From: Lama guanicoe
Taxonomy: Eukaryota
Length of the DNA stretch: 64,000 bases
NCBI GenBank assembly: GCA_013239625.1
Contig: MU057346.1
Span: 4,240,431-4,304,430, forward strand
Reading direction: 5' to 3'
Made by a program: the position numbers and the translations under genes. This document shows positions 12,885-24,619 of the stretch, piece by piece. Each line of letters opens with the position of its first letter. Within the stretch, counting starts at the first letter, position 1. The notes beneath the pieces were generated by a model. It had not been told where the DNA came from. It worked only from the letters and a program-made list of their open reading frames with translations, and ran no database searches.

Positions 12885-12967
12885 AAGGAAGGAAGGGAGG
12901 GTGGGAGGGGAGGGGAGGAAGGAAGGAGGGAGGGAGAGGAAGGAAGAGAGAAAGAAAGAAGAAAGGC
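12885..12967 (+). repeat. Polypurine (GGAA/GGGA) low-complexity tract
   Basis: aggaaggaagggagggtgggaggggaggggaggaaggaaggagggagggagaggaaggaagagagaaagaaagaagaaagg. Confidence 0.9.
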
Positions 12968-13354
12968 AGAACATAGGGAGGCCATCTGGTCAACAGCGAG
13001 CCTGTAACCTCCAGGCAGTCGTGCACTCTGGGCTGGCTGGCCTTTTGCATGAGGCTGTTCCTCCTGAGGTTACATCCTTTCTCACTGTGGCCTCAAGGAA
13101 CCCAAGAAACACACTCATTGCCTCTTTGGTTATTTTATAAACAGTGCTTGGAAACCACGAGTCATTATCACTCTCCTGGCTGGCCAGTCAGACTTTCCAT
13201 GCCTTGTGTGTGATACCCTCAATCTTCCCAAATCCAGCAGCATCATTCCCCTAAACCAAGAGGGCTGTTTACTTTGGCCACCATAAGGGTAGAGTTAAGT
13301 ATCCGCCTGTCCTCTCTCAGTGCCCCACAGGCTTCAGGGCTGCAACCCAAACAT

Positions 13355-14240
13355 TCACCTCATCATCCATTCCTTTATTCACATATTCATACACTTAGCC
13401 CTAGATCCTCCCAAATTGTATCCAGGCATGGATGTAGGTATGGGTCCATACATCCATATATTCACCCATCTGTTCATCTAGTAATCCTTCATTCACTCAT
13501 TCATTTACTGATGCAGGCATCCACCTATGTACTCCCTTTTAATCATTCATCTACTTGTCAGTTCCTCAGTTTATCTACTCACTGACCCCGATCCAGGAAA
13601 TGATACCAATCCAGTAAATGATCCATGTATCCAAGCACAGGTGTGTCCATCCCTTCAGCGCTCACTCAGAAACCCACCATTTCTTCACTCAGTCATCCAA
13701 TCACTTACTTATTCAACCACCTAACCACCTATTCACTAAATATATGGTCATCTGTTATGAGCCAGGCACTGCTGATGCTGGAAGAACATCAATACGGTTG
13801 GTAGAACAATACAGTTCCCATTCCCCTATCCACCCACCAATCCTCCATTGATTGGCATTTATTCATTTATCCAACCTATAGAATTCCACCCCTTGGGCCG
13901 TGAATTGGTTACTGGATGGATCCCAGGGAGGTTTGAAAAGAGAAATAGAGATGAACCCTGATTCAATTCCACCCACAGAGTGCAACCAAAATGATAGTTG
14001 GGAAGGACTTGGCTACGAGACAGAAACTAGGCAAGAGACAAGAGTCCAGAACCAGAGATTCGTTCTGGTACTAAAGTTAGTCATGCAGATAATGATAAAC
14101 AGTTCTGAGCCTTCTTGTGGGTCAGAAGGAAGCTTTAAAAAGTGCTCAGACAATTAAGACACTTTCGTTTACTCATCCATCAGTTCATCCATCTGTCCAC
14201 CTATCCACAAATCCATGTATTTACCCATCCATCCATCTAT
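13355..14240. repeat. Decayed (TCCA/TTCA)n simple-repeat field with embedded antisense L2 tail
   Basis: Repeated catccat/cattcat/cacccat units at 13355-13880 and 14165-14240; attcactaaatatatggtcatctgttatgagccaggcactg (L2 -). Confidence 0.7.
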
Positions 14241-14989
14241 ATTCTTATTGTTCAACAATTACAGTAGGAGTCCTTAACCAGGATTTCATGAATAGGCACA
14301 ATCATATAAATGCAATTCATCCTTGCATTCCTAGGGTCTTCCATTGCTACCGACACATAGCAAGTGCAAATTAAATATTTGCTAAATAAATGAATGCATG
14401 CTGTCAGTTATGACTAGATAAACCCAAACAAGAAAGGCGGCACCTTGATCAGATAATTTGACTGGCCCTGGAGCTGCTATGAATAAGTTTGCTTTTCCTA
14501 CGATTGCTTAATGGTAGTGTGCAGGATTCATCCCATCTACATGTGAGAAATGAATATGCCCAGACGAGGCCATGACTAGTTTAGGCAGGTTTACAAGACT
14601 TGGCTTTAGCTGTTTGACACAATGAATCCATCTCCCTCATATTCGAACACACCACCAGGAAGGGCTCAGGCCAGATCCACATACTGGCTGCTAATCAGAC
14701 AGATAACAGAATTCAGTGGATCCAATGACTTTTGTTTAACATCACATCATGAGGTTTCCACAGAAACCCTTAACCAAACTAATTCCGTTTGAGGTAACTC
14801 CATTTGTATAGACAGAACTCTGACTTATTCAGATGAGGAGGATCACTCTGTGAGTTTGACTATGTTGTCAAGCCACCTGGACAACACAGATTGAAGCCTT
14901 GTCTTTGATTTGTGAAAAATAAAATAAGTAAGTACCACCAGTAGCTGAGAGGACATGGGGATACAGCTAGGGAGATGCAGATTTTCATC

Positions 14990-15470
14990 AGGCATCACTT
15001 ACCAGATCTGTGGTCCTGGGCAAGGTACACGGAATGTCTCGAATCCTCCATTTTCCCACCTGTAAAATGCACAAAACATCCTTTACTTCACACAGCTGGA
15101 TTCTAGTCCATAACCTACAGGCAGAGTCTAGCTCAATGCCAGATACAAAGTTAGCCCCCAGTAAGCAGTAGCTCCTAATTTCCTGATTCTCTGAATAGCT
15201 GCTCTATCTGCCTAGATCCCTTTCTTTGGTTTTTGGTTTTTTTGTGTGTTTGTTTTAATGACTGTTTGGAACTCTGAGCTCTGCAAAGGGCCTCGACATC
15301 CATCGCCTCGTTTATACATCACCATCATTGTCATTATCATCAAAATTATAACTATTCCCATTCTACACACGAGAACACTGAGGCCCAAGTTGAATAAGGA
15401 ACTCACCCACTTTCTATCAGAGTCAGACCTGAACCCATTGTCTTCAGGCTCTGAGCCCAGTTCTCTTTGT
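14990..15470. mobile_element. Two MIR SINEs (+ about 14990-15180; - about 15310-15470)
   Basis: cacttaccagatctgtggtcctgggcaag...ctgtaaaatg; attcccattctacacacgagaacactgaggccc. Confidence 0.7.
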
Positions 15471-16542
15471 ATTAACAGGATGAATAGGAGGGAAGAGGCA
15501 AAGGATCACCAAAGCCTCTGAGACCCTCCAGAGTGGACTTGCTTAAGTAACAAGCATGTGGCTCATGGACAAGCCCTAAACAGATGTTGTGCCGTCGTGG
15601 CTCTGGCCCTCTCCCGTGTGCAAGCAGCCCCATTCAGCCCTCCTGTCACCTCCTGATTGGCCTCTAGCATATAAGGTGATACTATAGCCTGGAAAGCTGT
15701 CCTTTTTGGCTGGATTCCCACAAGGAGTCAGTGTTTTATTTCACTATTTTCCTGGGTGTGCTTTTATTTTCTTATTTATTTATGTGAACCACTAAATTAT
15801 CTAATTAGTGACATAGCTCGTTGACACATGGGCCACTATGAATATTTACTGCACACTTGTTCACGCATTTATCTAAATAGGTGGCATGCCAGAGCCATGT
15901 AATAAGGAATAATGATTCCTTAGAAGAGTTACAGGAAATTATAGAAGGAGGGGAAAAGTTTTGCACAGTGGGTTGCAGCTTCCAACCACATCTATCAATT
16001 CTTCCTGAGGTAGAGCAATGGCATAGTAATGACAAAAAATTTATAGTAATGAATAAATCAATACTCTGCTCAGCAGCAGTTTCAGATGCTCCTTTTATAG
16101 GTCTTCCCGGGTCTATTCTCTGTCCCTTAGTGCGGGAGCTGAGAGAGTGCCGTGAATGCCAACAGCTACAAGGAGAAAGGGACCGGCCCAGACTCCTGAG
16201 ATTACCGTGATCCATCACCATCCCCTCACACGGAGACCCATTTATATCTCTGAGCTCCCCTAAAAATCGGAGCAGCTCGCAGTGATGACTACACAGCCGC
16301 CAAGTGCCGGTTCTGAGAATGGAACTGTCGCTTTGTGTGGAGCAAAACGGAAATGTAAGAAGAATAAACAAGCTAACAAATAATTAATTAAATGGGGATG
16401 AGCGGGATGGAGCCGGAGGAAGGAAGTGCCAGCAGAAAAGGAGGAGAGAGAAGTGTAGAAAGAGAGTTTGGGCCGAAAAGGGGCTTAATTCATTTGGCAA
16501 ATATTTACTGAGTGCCTACTATGGACCAAGCATAGTTCTAGG

Positions 16543-16745
16543 CAGGGTAGCAAAGTTTTTCTGTAAATGGACCGATAGGAAATATTTCAGGCTTTGTGGG
16601 ACAAATGGGCTCCATGGCCATTAAGCAACTCTGTAGCACAAAGGCAGCCAGACACAACACATAAATGAATGAGCATGGCCATGTTCTAATAAAACTTTAT
16701 GTACAACCCAGGTGACGGGCCAGGGCACAGCTGGCCCACCCAGGG
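16543..16745 (+). mobile_element. MER58A (hAT-Charlie), directly after an antisense L2 tail (16485-16542)
   Basis: cagggtagcaaagtttttctgtaaatggaccgataggaaatatttcaggctttgtggg...catggccatgttctaataaaactttat. Confidence 0.85.
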
Positions 16746-16749
16746 TATA

Positions 16750-17605
16750 GCATCACATTTCCCAAGATGGGCTGTGTGCCAGTGGACTGTGGGACGATTT
16801 GGTCGGTACACAGACATGGGGTAAATAACTTAAGAGTCACACAAGGAGATTTAATTCCAATTTAAGTCTCATAATCCTCTGATTACACCAAGGAGAGCGT
16901 CTCTGTAGGGTGCTAGCCTTTACCATCTCTCTAACATTTTGCTAATCTCTTTTCCAACAAAAAGAGAGACTCCCAAGGCTCTCAGACTTGGCAAGCAACA
17001 GTTTCCAGAGAGATTCTTCAGCACTGTTTGTTTTCCATAGACTTTCTACTCGCTGCAAACAATATTTGTTTCTGCTTACCATTTAGAAAGGCAGAAACCG
17101 AGTTTGTTCACCTGCACACTGTTGATGTTTGGGCTGGATAATTTCTGTTGGGGGTGGGGAAGCTGTCTGTGCACTGTAGGATGTTTAGCTGCATCCTTGC
17201 TCTGTACCGACCCAATGCCAGTAGCACAAATCATGCCTCTGCCACTTAATCTTTAGTGACATTGACCAACTCTCTATGACCCTGCTTCATTTTCCTTATC
17301 TGTAAAATGGGGATGATAAAGACAGTAGCTCCACCCTCAAAGCATTGCTGTGAGGATTAAATCAATTACTTCACACAAAGCCATCCGAGAGAGCTCGCCT
17401 GGGGAAACCATTCAATAAATATTAGCCAGGGCCGTTTGTCCTAGTAACAAAGTGTTTCTACTTTAAATAGACGTGTTTGTTTAGTTACTCATTCAGGTGA
17501 GCCAATTAAAAAATATACTTTTAAATAAACAATAGTTCAGCTAGTATAAACACATGCCAAAATTTATGATGTTATGTGAGTTGAAATTGTGAAACTGATA
17601 TATTT
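16750..17605. mobile_element. Charlie-type hAT DNA transposon relic interrupted by MER20 and MIR
   Basis: ctgattacaccaaggagagcgtctctgtagggtgctag...ctctctaacattttgctaatctc; appears to resume near 17440 (aaataaacaatagttcagctagta...gaaactg). Confidence 0.5.
17098..17228 (-). mobile_element. MER20 (hAT-Charlie), partial
   Basis: tgggctggataatttctgttggggg...ctgtgcactgtaggatgtttagctgcatcc...atgccagtagcac. Confidence 0.85.
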
Positions 17606-17810
17606 AAAGAGTAGGTTTTGGACGTGTTCTATCTAAGCTCTATCCCTCATTAGACACGTGACCTTGGACAGGTCATTAAGCTTCTGTGACCTCCAGCTTT
17701 CTCACTGAGGGGAAAATGACCCCTCCTTGGAGAGTCTTGTCTAGCAAAATCAAGATAATATTCCCAGGAGTTGCTCAGCACCAAGTAGGTAGTCAATAAA
17801 TGTTACGTCT
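17230..17810 (+). mobile_element. Two MIR SINEs (17230-17428; 17620-17810)
   Basis: ttccttatctgtaaaatggggatgataa...gtgaggattaaat...tcaataaatattagc; gtgaccttggacaggtcattaagcttctgtg. Confidence 0.8.
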
Positions 17811-17849
17811 CCCCTCCCTTTGTCTTTGTTGGCTAGTAACTCTTAGTGG

Positions 17850-18372
17850 TTGCATCAACTGTCTATTGTTGTGTAGCAATCCCAAAACTTAGTGGCATAA
17901 AACAATAGTCACTCATTAGCTCACAACTCCATGCGTTGGCAATTTCGGCTGAGCTCAGCAGGGTGGTTCTTCTACTGGTCTTGATTAGAGTCACGTACAT
18001 GGCGGCCATCAGTCAGCCAGTGACTTAAGAGGGCTGGATGGTCCAAGACGGCCTCATTCACAAGTTGGGCCATTAGTGCCAGCTGTCTGCAGGGACTCTC
18101 ACTGCCTCTAGCTCTCACCCTCCTGAAGGCCAGCCTGGACTTTAGCGTGGAGGCAGCCCTGTTCCAGAAAAGCAGGGAGACCCCAACTCAGAAGCCACAC
18201 CATGTTGCTTCCACCACACTTTGTTAGTCAAAACAAGCTGCGAGGTCAGCTCAGATCAAAGCATGGGGAAATGAACTCCACTTTCAGGTGGAAGGAGGAA
18301 CAAAGTCACATTGCAAAGGAGCGTGCACACAGGGAGTGTAACTCACAGGGACCATTTCTACCAGTTACCACA
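17850..18372 (-). mobile_element. MLT1 (MLT1F/H-like) solo LTR
   Basis: cccaaaacttagtggcataaaacaa; gggctggatggtccaagacggcctcattcac; aaagtcacattgcaaaggagcgtg; ends ttaccaca. Confidence 0.85.
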
Positions 18373-19194
18373 TTGTGTACCTAGAGCTTAGCCCACAACA
18401 CCCTCCTCCTTTATTTCTCCAAAAAGACTCATAGACTGCATGCCATTCCCATGACTCATGTGCACCCATGGAGGGTGTCCACATGTGCATGAAACCTTGC
18501 AGATTACACGAGGATTACAAAATACCACAAAAATTCACAATCACCACAACACTTAATGGCACATCAGTTCAAGGCCACTCACTGCAGTGTGCACCATTGC
18601 TAACAGAGGCCGTGGAACCCACAGCACATCCTGCTAAATCCATCTCTCCTCTCACATTCAAGAGAAAATGGTCTGTGTGAGTCATACACTGTAAGAATAT
18701 TACAATGATTAGCCTTATTTGTTTTCCTAAGGAAAAAGTCACTTATCTCAATGTTAACATTTCATTATTGGCAACAAATTGCAGGAGTAGACCTGAAAAC
18801 TGCTAAGAAAAGGGTCAAGGAATTTGAGTAGGTTTCACTAGTCAAAATAACTTATTCAAGTTCAGAGTTCATTTCTTACCCCCTCCTTTTTTTTCAGTAG
18901 CTACAGCCTAAAAATAACATGTCAATATTTTCTTGTTATATTTTCTTCCCCCTGGAGAGTGACCTTCTAGAGATTTTCCTCCAGCACACATCAGCTATCC
19001 TCTTCCAAAGATATATACCTCAAATCAATATATTATCAATAACCACACCACTTTCTATATCCAGGTTTTAAACATCAGACATTTTAGCCACAAACAGATC
19101 ACCTCTACTAATTTACGTACCCCAACAAACAGTGCTCACACCCTGCGTAGACTCCAATCCTAGCCCCACACTATCACGCATCTTTCTCTAGTCC

Positions 19195-20640
19195 GGATTC
19201 CATGGTCCATCCCTACAGTGATTCCCTTTACCTCTTAGTTCCTGCTTCCCCGTTGCTGTGGTGAACTTCAGCCCTGTTAAAGCCCATCTCTCCTCTTGCT
19301 CCATGCCTGGACCTGAGAAGCAGAATGTGTCTAGAGAAAAATTCACAACCATGCTTACTGGCCTCACTTTAGATGGATGACCACATATCACAAGTGGGGC
19401 TTAAGCAGCATCTGAAAAGCCAACCACAATTCCCCAGTCAAAACCTCCTCCCATTTATCCAGATGACTATTGACGCATCTTCTCACTCCTAAGGCAGCCG
19501 ACACTCACTGCCAATAGATGACCTTGACTCTTACTTTACTGAGAAAATAGAAGCAATTGGAAGAGCATTTTCTCTTTACTACCTGCTTCTTTACATATAG
19601 GCTCAGCCTTCTCTTCTCTCCTGTTGTCATGACTCAAACATCCCTACTGCTCTCTAAACATGCCCTCCTTCATCCAGCCAAGGACTTTGCTCCTAAAGTT
19701 ACTCCTCCATCTCCTGCATCATCGATCGACTACATCGTTCGCATCAGTGTTAGAACATGCCAAAAGAGCTCCCACTGACAAACTTGCCTTTGACCTCACA
19801 ACTCTCCCCAGTAATGCAACCCATTTGTTCATCACCCTCTCAGCATACGTCAAAGCTTTACTTCTCTACTAAAACAGCTCTGGTTAAACCCCGCTGTGGA
19901 TTTCACCTCCTTCAATCCAATTCCCCCACCTTAGACTGCATTGCCCTTGAATTCTTAGTGCTATTTGGAACACTTGGTCAGGCCATTCCTTCTTAAAGCT
20001 CTTTCTTATCTTAGCTTTTTGGTTACCATACTTCCCTGGTTTTCCTCCCCCATCACTGGCCAATCCAATTCTTTGGTCTTTTCCCAGTCTCTAATGTTGA
20101 TTCACTCAAGGATTTTGACCTTAGTCCTCTTATTTTCCATATTTACAACTCATTCTCAAGATGACCTCATATGGTCTCTTGGCTTTAAATACAATCTCTG
20201 TGCTGATGACTTCCAAATTTACATCTAGTTCTGATGTCTTCTTGGATCTCCAGACTCATACATTCAACTGCATAGTTAAGATCTCCACTTGGATGCTTAA
20301 TAAACATCTCAAATATTAGAGATGCAAAATAGAATTTGTGATCTCCTTCCTCAGACTCGCTCCTTCCCCTTTCAGTAAATGGTGCTGAATTGTACTCAGT
20401 TGCTCAATTAAAAAAACTAAAAGGTTGTCCTTGCTTTCTTTCTTTCCATCATCCTTACATGCAACCCATCAACAAATCCTGCTGGATTCACCTTTAAGAT
20501 ATATCAAAATGTGACTCTTCTGACTACCTATATGGCCACCATGATTTCTAAGTTAACCCTGTGAAATATCCTATCAGGTCACCCTTCTTCCAATCTTGTC
20601 CCCACAGTCAATGCTCCAAACAATGGCCAGAGTGTGCTTG
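19195..20640 (+). mobile_element. L2 LINE, about 1.4 kb ORF2-derived relic
   Basis: gatgaccttgactcttactttactgagaaaatagaagcaat; tgctgatgacttccaaatttacatct (decayed YADD-like region); atctccacttggatgcttaataaacatctcaaa. Confidence 0.9.
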
Positions 20641-20749
20641 GTACTGCTTATGTTCCATTGAGCCAGCCTTCATGAGGTTATGTGTTTGGCAGAGCCATGT
20701 CTGGTGGCCAAGAGGTGAGCCCCTCTTCCTCTGCATGACTGTGAACAGC

Positions 20750-21175
20750 TATGGGAGTCACTGTGCTCTCAACAAATATTTCTTGTCCTCTCTCTTCCAG
20801 GCATACAGTTAGATTATGTTTCCCCACCCTCTTCTAAGAGACCTATGACCATGTGACTTGGTTTGGCCAAGGAACTGTGAGCACAGGTGATGTGTGTCAC
20901 TTCTCAGTGGAAGCTATAAGAGCCAGGGCACCGTTTGACATGGTCCCTCCCTATGCCGAGGGGACTGCAGAAGCCCATGCTGAGAGGAAGCCTCTTTCTC
21001 CAGGGGCCTTGTGTGACTCTGATGAGCAGAGCCTCCCTGCTGAGCCTGCTGGAGAGGCAGCATGAAAGAGACAGACAGAAAGAGAGAGGCCGAGAGCACA
21101 ACTGTGACTATGTTAAGGCACTGAGCGTCATGGGACTTATTTTCCCAGAATGGCGTTGCCCACCCTGACTGCCAT
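20750..21175 (+). mobile_element. MLT1 (MLT1I/J-like) solo LTR
   Basis: accatgtgacttggtttggccaaggaactgtgagcacaggtgatgtgtgtcacttc; gatgagcagagcctccctgc; tgttaaggcactgag. Confidence 0.8.
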
Positions 21176-21609
21176 CACCCTCGGAGGACTCAGCATCTGT
21201 GGAAGGACTGGCAGCTCCACGAGCTTTGACATTAACCATTCAGTCACAGAGTCTTCTTGACAAAACAGGGTCTGCGGCGAGGTGGGAGAAACAGGTGCGG
21301 AGACAGTCATTACGAGAAACCCCTGTAGAGATGGAGTCATCTCCGAAACCCTCCCAGAACTCTGCCTGGCTTCCACCCTCATCAGAAGCCAAGTCTTCTG
21401 CAGAATGTCTGGGTCTTGTCCTCCAGCTCCTTGTAGTGCCAGTCAAGCCAGGGACCAGGACACCCACAATCAGGCTGGCTTCAGAGCACGGAGCCCAGAG
21501 GCTGATTTGCAGACTAGAAAAGGCCCAGCTGGGCCCACCCAAGTCCCAGGGCTCTCAATGGCCCCAGAGGCTCCTGTACAGAGAGAACAGAGTTCCTGCA
21601 TCTCAACCA

Positions 21610-21805
21610 CAGAGTCAGATTTGAAGTCCAACAGACTGGAGTTCGTGTCCTGGTTGCTCCGGCTGTGTGGCTCTGGGAAATTCACGTCACTCTTCTGAGC
21701 CACAATTTCTTCAGCTATGATGATTGTAAGAGCGTTTACCTCAAATACGGGAGGTGAGATTTGTGAGATGATAACTATCAAGAGCCCCATACTGTCCCCA
21801 CAACA
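21610..21805 (+). mobile_element. MIR SINE
   Basis: gaagtccaacagactggagttcgtgtcctgg...ctcttctgagccacaatttcttcagctat. Confidence 0.65.
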
Positions 21806-21870
21806 TATTAGCAAAACTGCACGAAATTGCCATTTTGGCTCTTTTGGCAGTTTTATATGGTTTCACTTAG
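21806..21870. mobile_element. MADE2-like mariner MITE
   Basis: Inverted arms gaaattgcca...tggcagttttatatggtttcactta match remembered MADE2 TIRs. Confidence 0.6.
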
Positions 21871-21875
21871 ACTGA

Positions 21876-21981
21876 TTTTTTTTTCCTTTTAATTTGATTT
21901 ATTTTTTAATGGAGGTACTGGAGATTGAACCCAGGACCTTGTGCATGCTAAGAAAGCACTCTACCATTGAGCTACACCCTC
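21876..21981 (-). mobile_element. Camelid tRNA-derived SINE (Vic-type)
   Basis: polyT then ggaggtactggagattgaacccaggaccttgtgcatgctaagaaagcactctaccattgagctacaccctc (antisense pol III A and B boxes). Confidence 0.85.
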
Positions 21982-22569
21982 TGGTTTAACTTATAAATGG
22001 TGGTTAATAGGAGCTGATTTCACTCCTGGAAAACGTGTGACAACTTGTGCAGTTTGTGGCCGTCACGCATTCTTCCTCAAGACTCATAAACCAAAGAGTG
22101 TTCAGATGTTTCCCCTTCAACCGGAGTCTTTAAATCGACTCGATGACGTGTAAGCAAGGGCTGTCACTGAGTTTGTGAACCACTTGGCCATAGGCGGCTG
22201 GCCTTGGCCAGTGGTCTTCTGTCAAGACCGAGCCAGCATGTGCCCGTGGCTTTGCTTCCCTCACCTCTGCCCCATGGCATTCATTATGGCATTCAGACAG
22301 ACTGAAATATGTTGGTCATACAGAACCAAAGAGCTGTCTCCAAAAGATTTGCTCTAAGATTTGCTCTAAAATAAAATAAGATTTATTTTCTTCCCTGCCT
22401 CAGATACAGAGGAAGCATTTGGGAGAGCCATAAATGAAAGGAGATTCTAGTTTTTCTGTACTGCTTCCTAGACAAACTAGTGACATGGCCCTCACCATTA
22501 TTATTTCTTCCCACTTCCAGCCACGGGTGACAGTGAAGTGAGAAAGGACTCAGCGTAGTTGCAGAAAGC

Positions 22570-22800
22570 ACTGGTCTACTTCTTGCCCCAAGGCTTTTGC
22601 TCCTGCTGTTCCCTCTGTCTGAAATGCCTTTCTTCTCCTCTGCTTCCTTCTTTCCCACGTCTCAAGTCACACTCTATGACACAGTAAGACTTCAAGGGAG
22701 AAGGGACCTTGCCTGTCTTGTCCTTTGCTACCTTCCTAAAATGTTACCTGCATTCAGTAGGCATCGGTGGAATAAATGACTAAATCAATGAATGCATGAA
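22570..22800 (+). mobile_element. L2 3' end
   Basis: ggcttttgctcctgctgttccctctgtctgaaatgcc...agtaggcatcggtggaataaatgactaaatcaatgaatg. Confidence 0.75.
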
Positions 22801-24619
22801 AATACTTAGTCTAGATTCAAGGTCTTCAGAAAAGCTGGCCTGGCCTCACACCTTGCCGCTGGGGACCCCCTTCCATGTCCTCCTGTGGCACCTCTACATT
22901 TACCATAATTGTGCAACAATGTTCTATTAGTCAAAGCCAGAGATTGTCCTTTTCACGTTTGAGATTCCTGGAGGGACAACCCGGGGTCTGGCTTGTAAGG
23001 TGCTCCATAAATGCATCCCTGCCTCTTAAACTTTCCTCTCTCTTCTGTGGCAATTTGTGAAGAACCCCAGCACCTTGAGCCCCGGGCTCTAAGAGGAAAT
23101 GAGTCCGGCTCAGAGAACCACCGCGGGGGCAGGGACCGGGGCTTGTCACGGTCCATGCAGGCGGCTGAGAATTCTTCGCTTCTAAGCAGAATGGCAAAGG
23201 GGGAATATAGGTCTTCATACAAGTGATTTATTCTGTATCAGAAACGCATTTACCTGGCCTATTTTGCTGAACAGAAAAACCTCGGGTTCACTTAGTAAAA
23301 TTCAATCCGAATGCTTCCATCCTTTATTTCCATACAGATTGGCTGCACAGGGCCTTGAGTATAAGCACCGCAGACTGGCTCGCGGGTTCTATGGGGAGAA
23401 AGAGGCAGTGTGGAAGGGAAGTCATCGCTATTTTAAGCTTCTTCGTGGTTCAGCAGGCGGCTGCTGAGTTCCAAAGGAGCAGACAAAGTAAGAAAAGTTC
23501 ATTGATTCGTTTACAAATAACCGCTGTGTAAGAAAAGATACTGAATGCCAGGCCAGCTCACCGATAGCTTATGTTTCGAGGCCCCTTTCATTCCCCGGCC
23601 TTGGGAGCTGGTCTCAAGAGGGGAATAAAAGAAGCAAAGCAAATGCGCTTTCTGGATAAAAAAAGAGTTTGCACCAGGTTAAAAGTAAATAAATAAACAG
23701 GACCCTTTATTTGTCGCTGATTTGGAAGCAGACCAGAGTACGCCTGCTTTTCTTCATCTCTTCGTGAAAACATCTGCTTAAATTTCTTTTCCCTCCTCTG
23801 GCCAGCACAGTAAAGCTTGAGACCCTGGACTTCAGGGCGCAGGTGTCAAGCTTTGAGATGGTCCCCTCCAGTCACCAGCCATTGGGCAGTTTTTAAAAAA
23901 GGAGCAAAACTGTCAAATTCATGCTCCTTCTTGGGCTATACCTGAAGGATCCTGCCTGAGAGAGGGAAGTCACTTCAGAGCAGGGGGCTTTGGACCTAGA
24001 AAAAATACAGGAACACCACCAGGATTTCGACCCCTGCTCCGCCCAGATTCGTCTTTATGAAATCTTTCCAAGTGGTTGGCTCGTTGGGAGAATTCACTAA
24101 GGTAAGCTCTTGGACAATGCTTCTGTTGGCGGCTATGATGAGATCCCATTTACATGAGAATCTAGCGAGGTGTGGGGAGCAGAGAGAAGGGGGTAAGATG
24201 CAGGCCAGGCAGACCGTGAGGGACCTTCGAGGAGTGTGGTCCAGTGTCCACAGACTGGAATATCCCCAGTATGGACAGAGGAGCATGTGTTGGGTTCTAC
24301 AAGGTGCACTGAGCAAACACTACTAACCCTGGGTCACAGAGACAGCGTTTCTACTCTTTCAACCCCCCTTTTAAACGTTCTGCTGATGTTACTAAGAAGT
24401 CTTACCTTGACACTGGGTGATGTTTCCTAAGCACCACTGATTTCCCTTTTTAACACTGTCACGGCTACAACATAATCTCACCCTTTGTGGACATGGCATT
24501 TATTTCCCAGATCATCTTCTTTTCCTGGACAGTGATTTTGTTCAATCATGTTAGTGGGAAATGCATTTATTTCAAAAAGTGTTTGTAAGTTTTTCAAAAA
24601 GCAAACTGCCTTAGGTGCT

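Noticed and set aside
15805-16371. 188-aa minus-strand ORF (and overlapping 109-aa plus ORF)
   Set aside because: Non-ATG starts, no recognisable domain, no convincing splice context; compatible with chance
21199-21814. Cluster of overlapping 100-141 aa ORFs
   Set aside because: GC-rich sequence with few stops; ORFs on both strands, some running into a MIR; no recognisable protein
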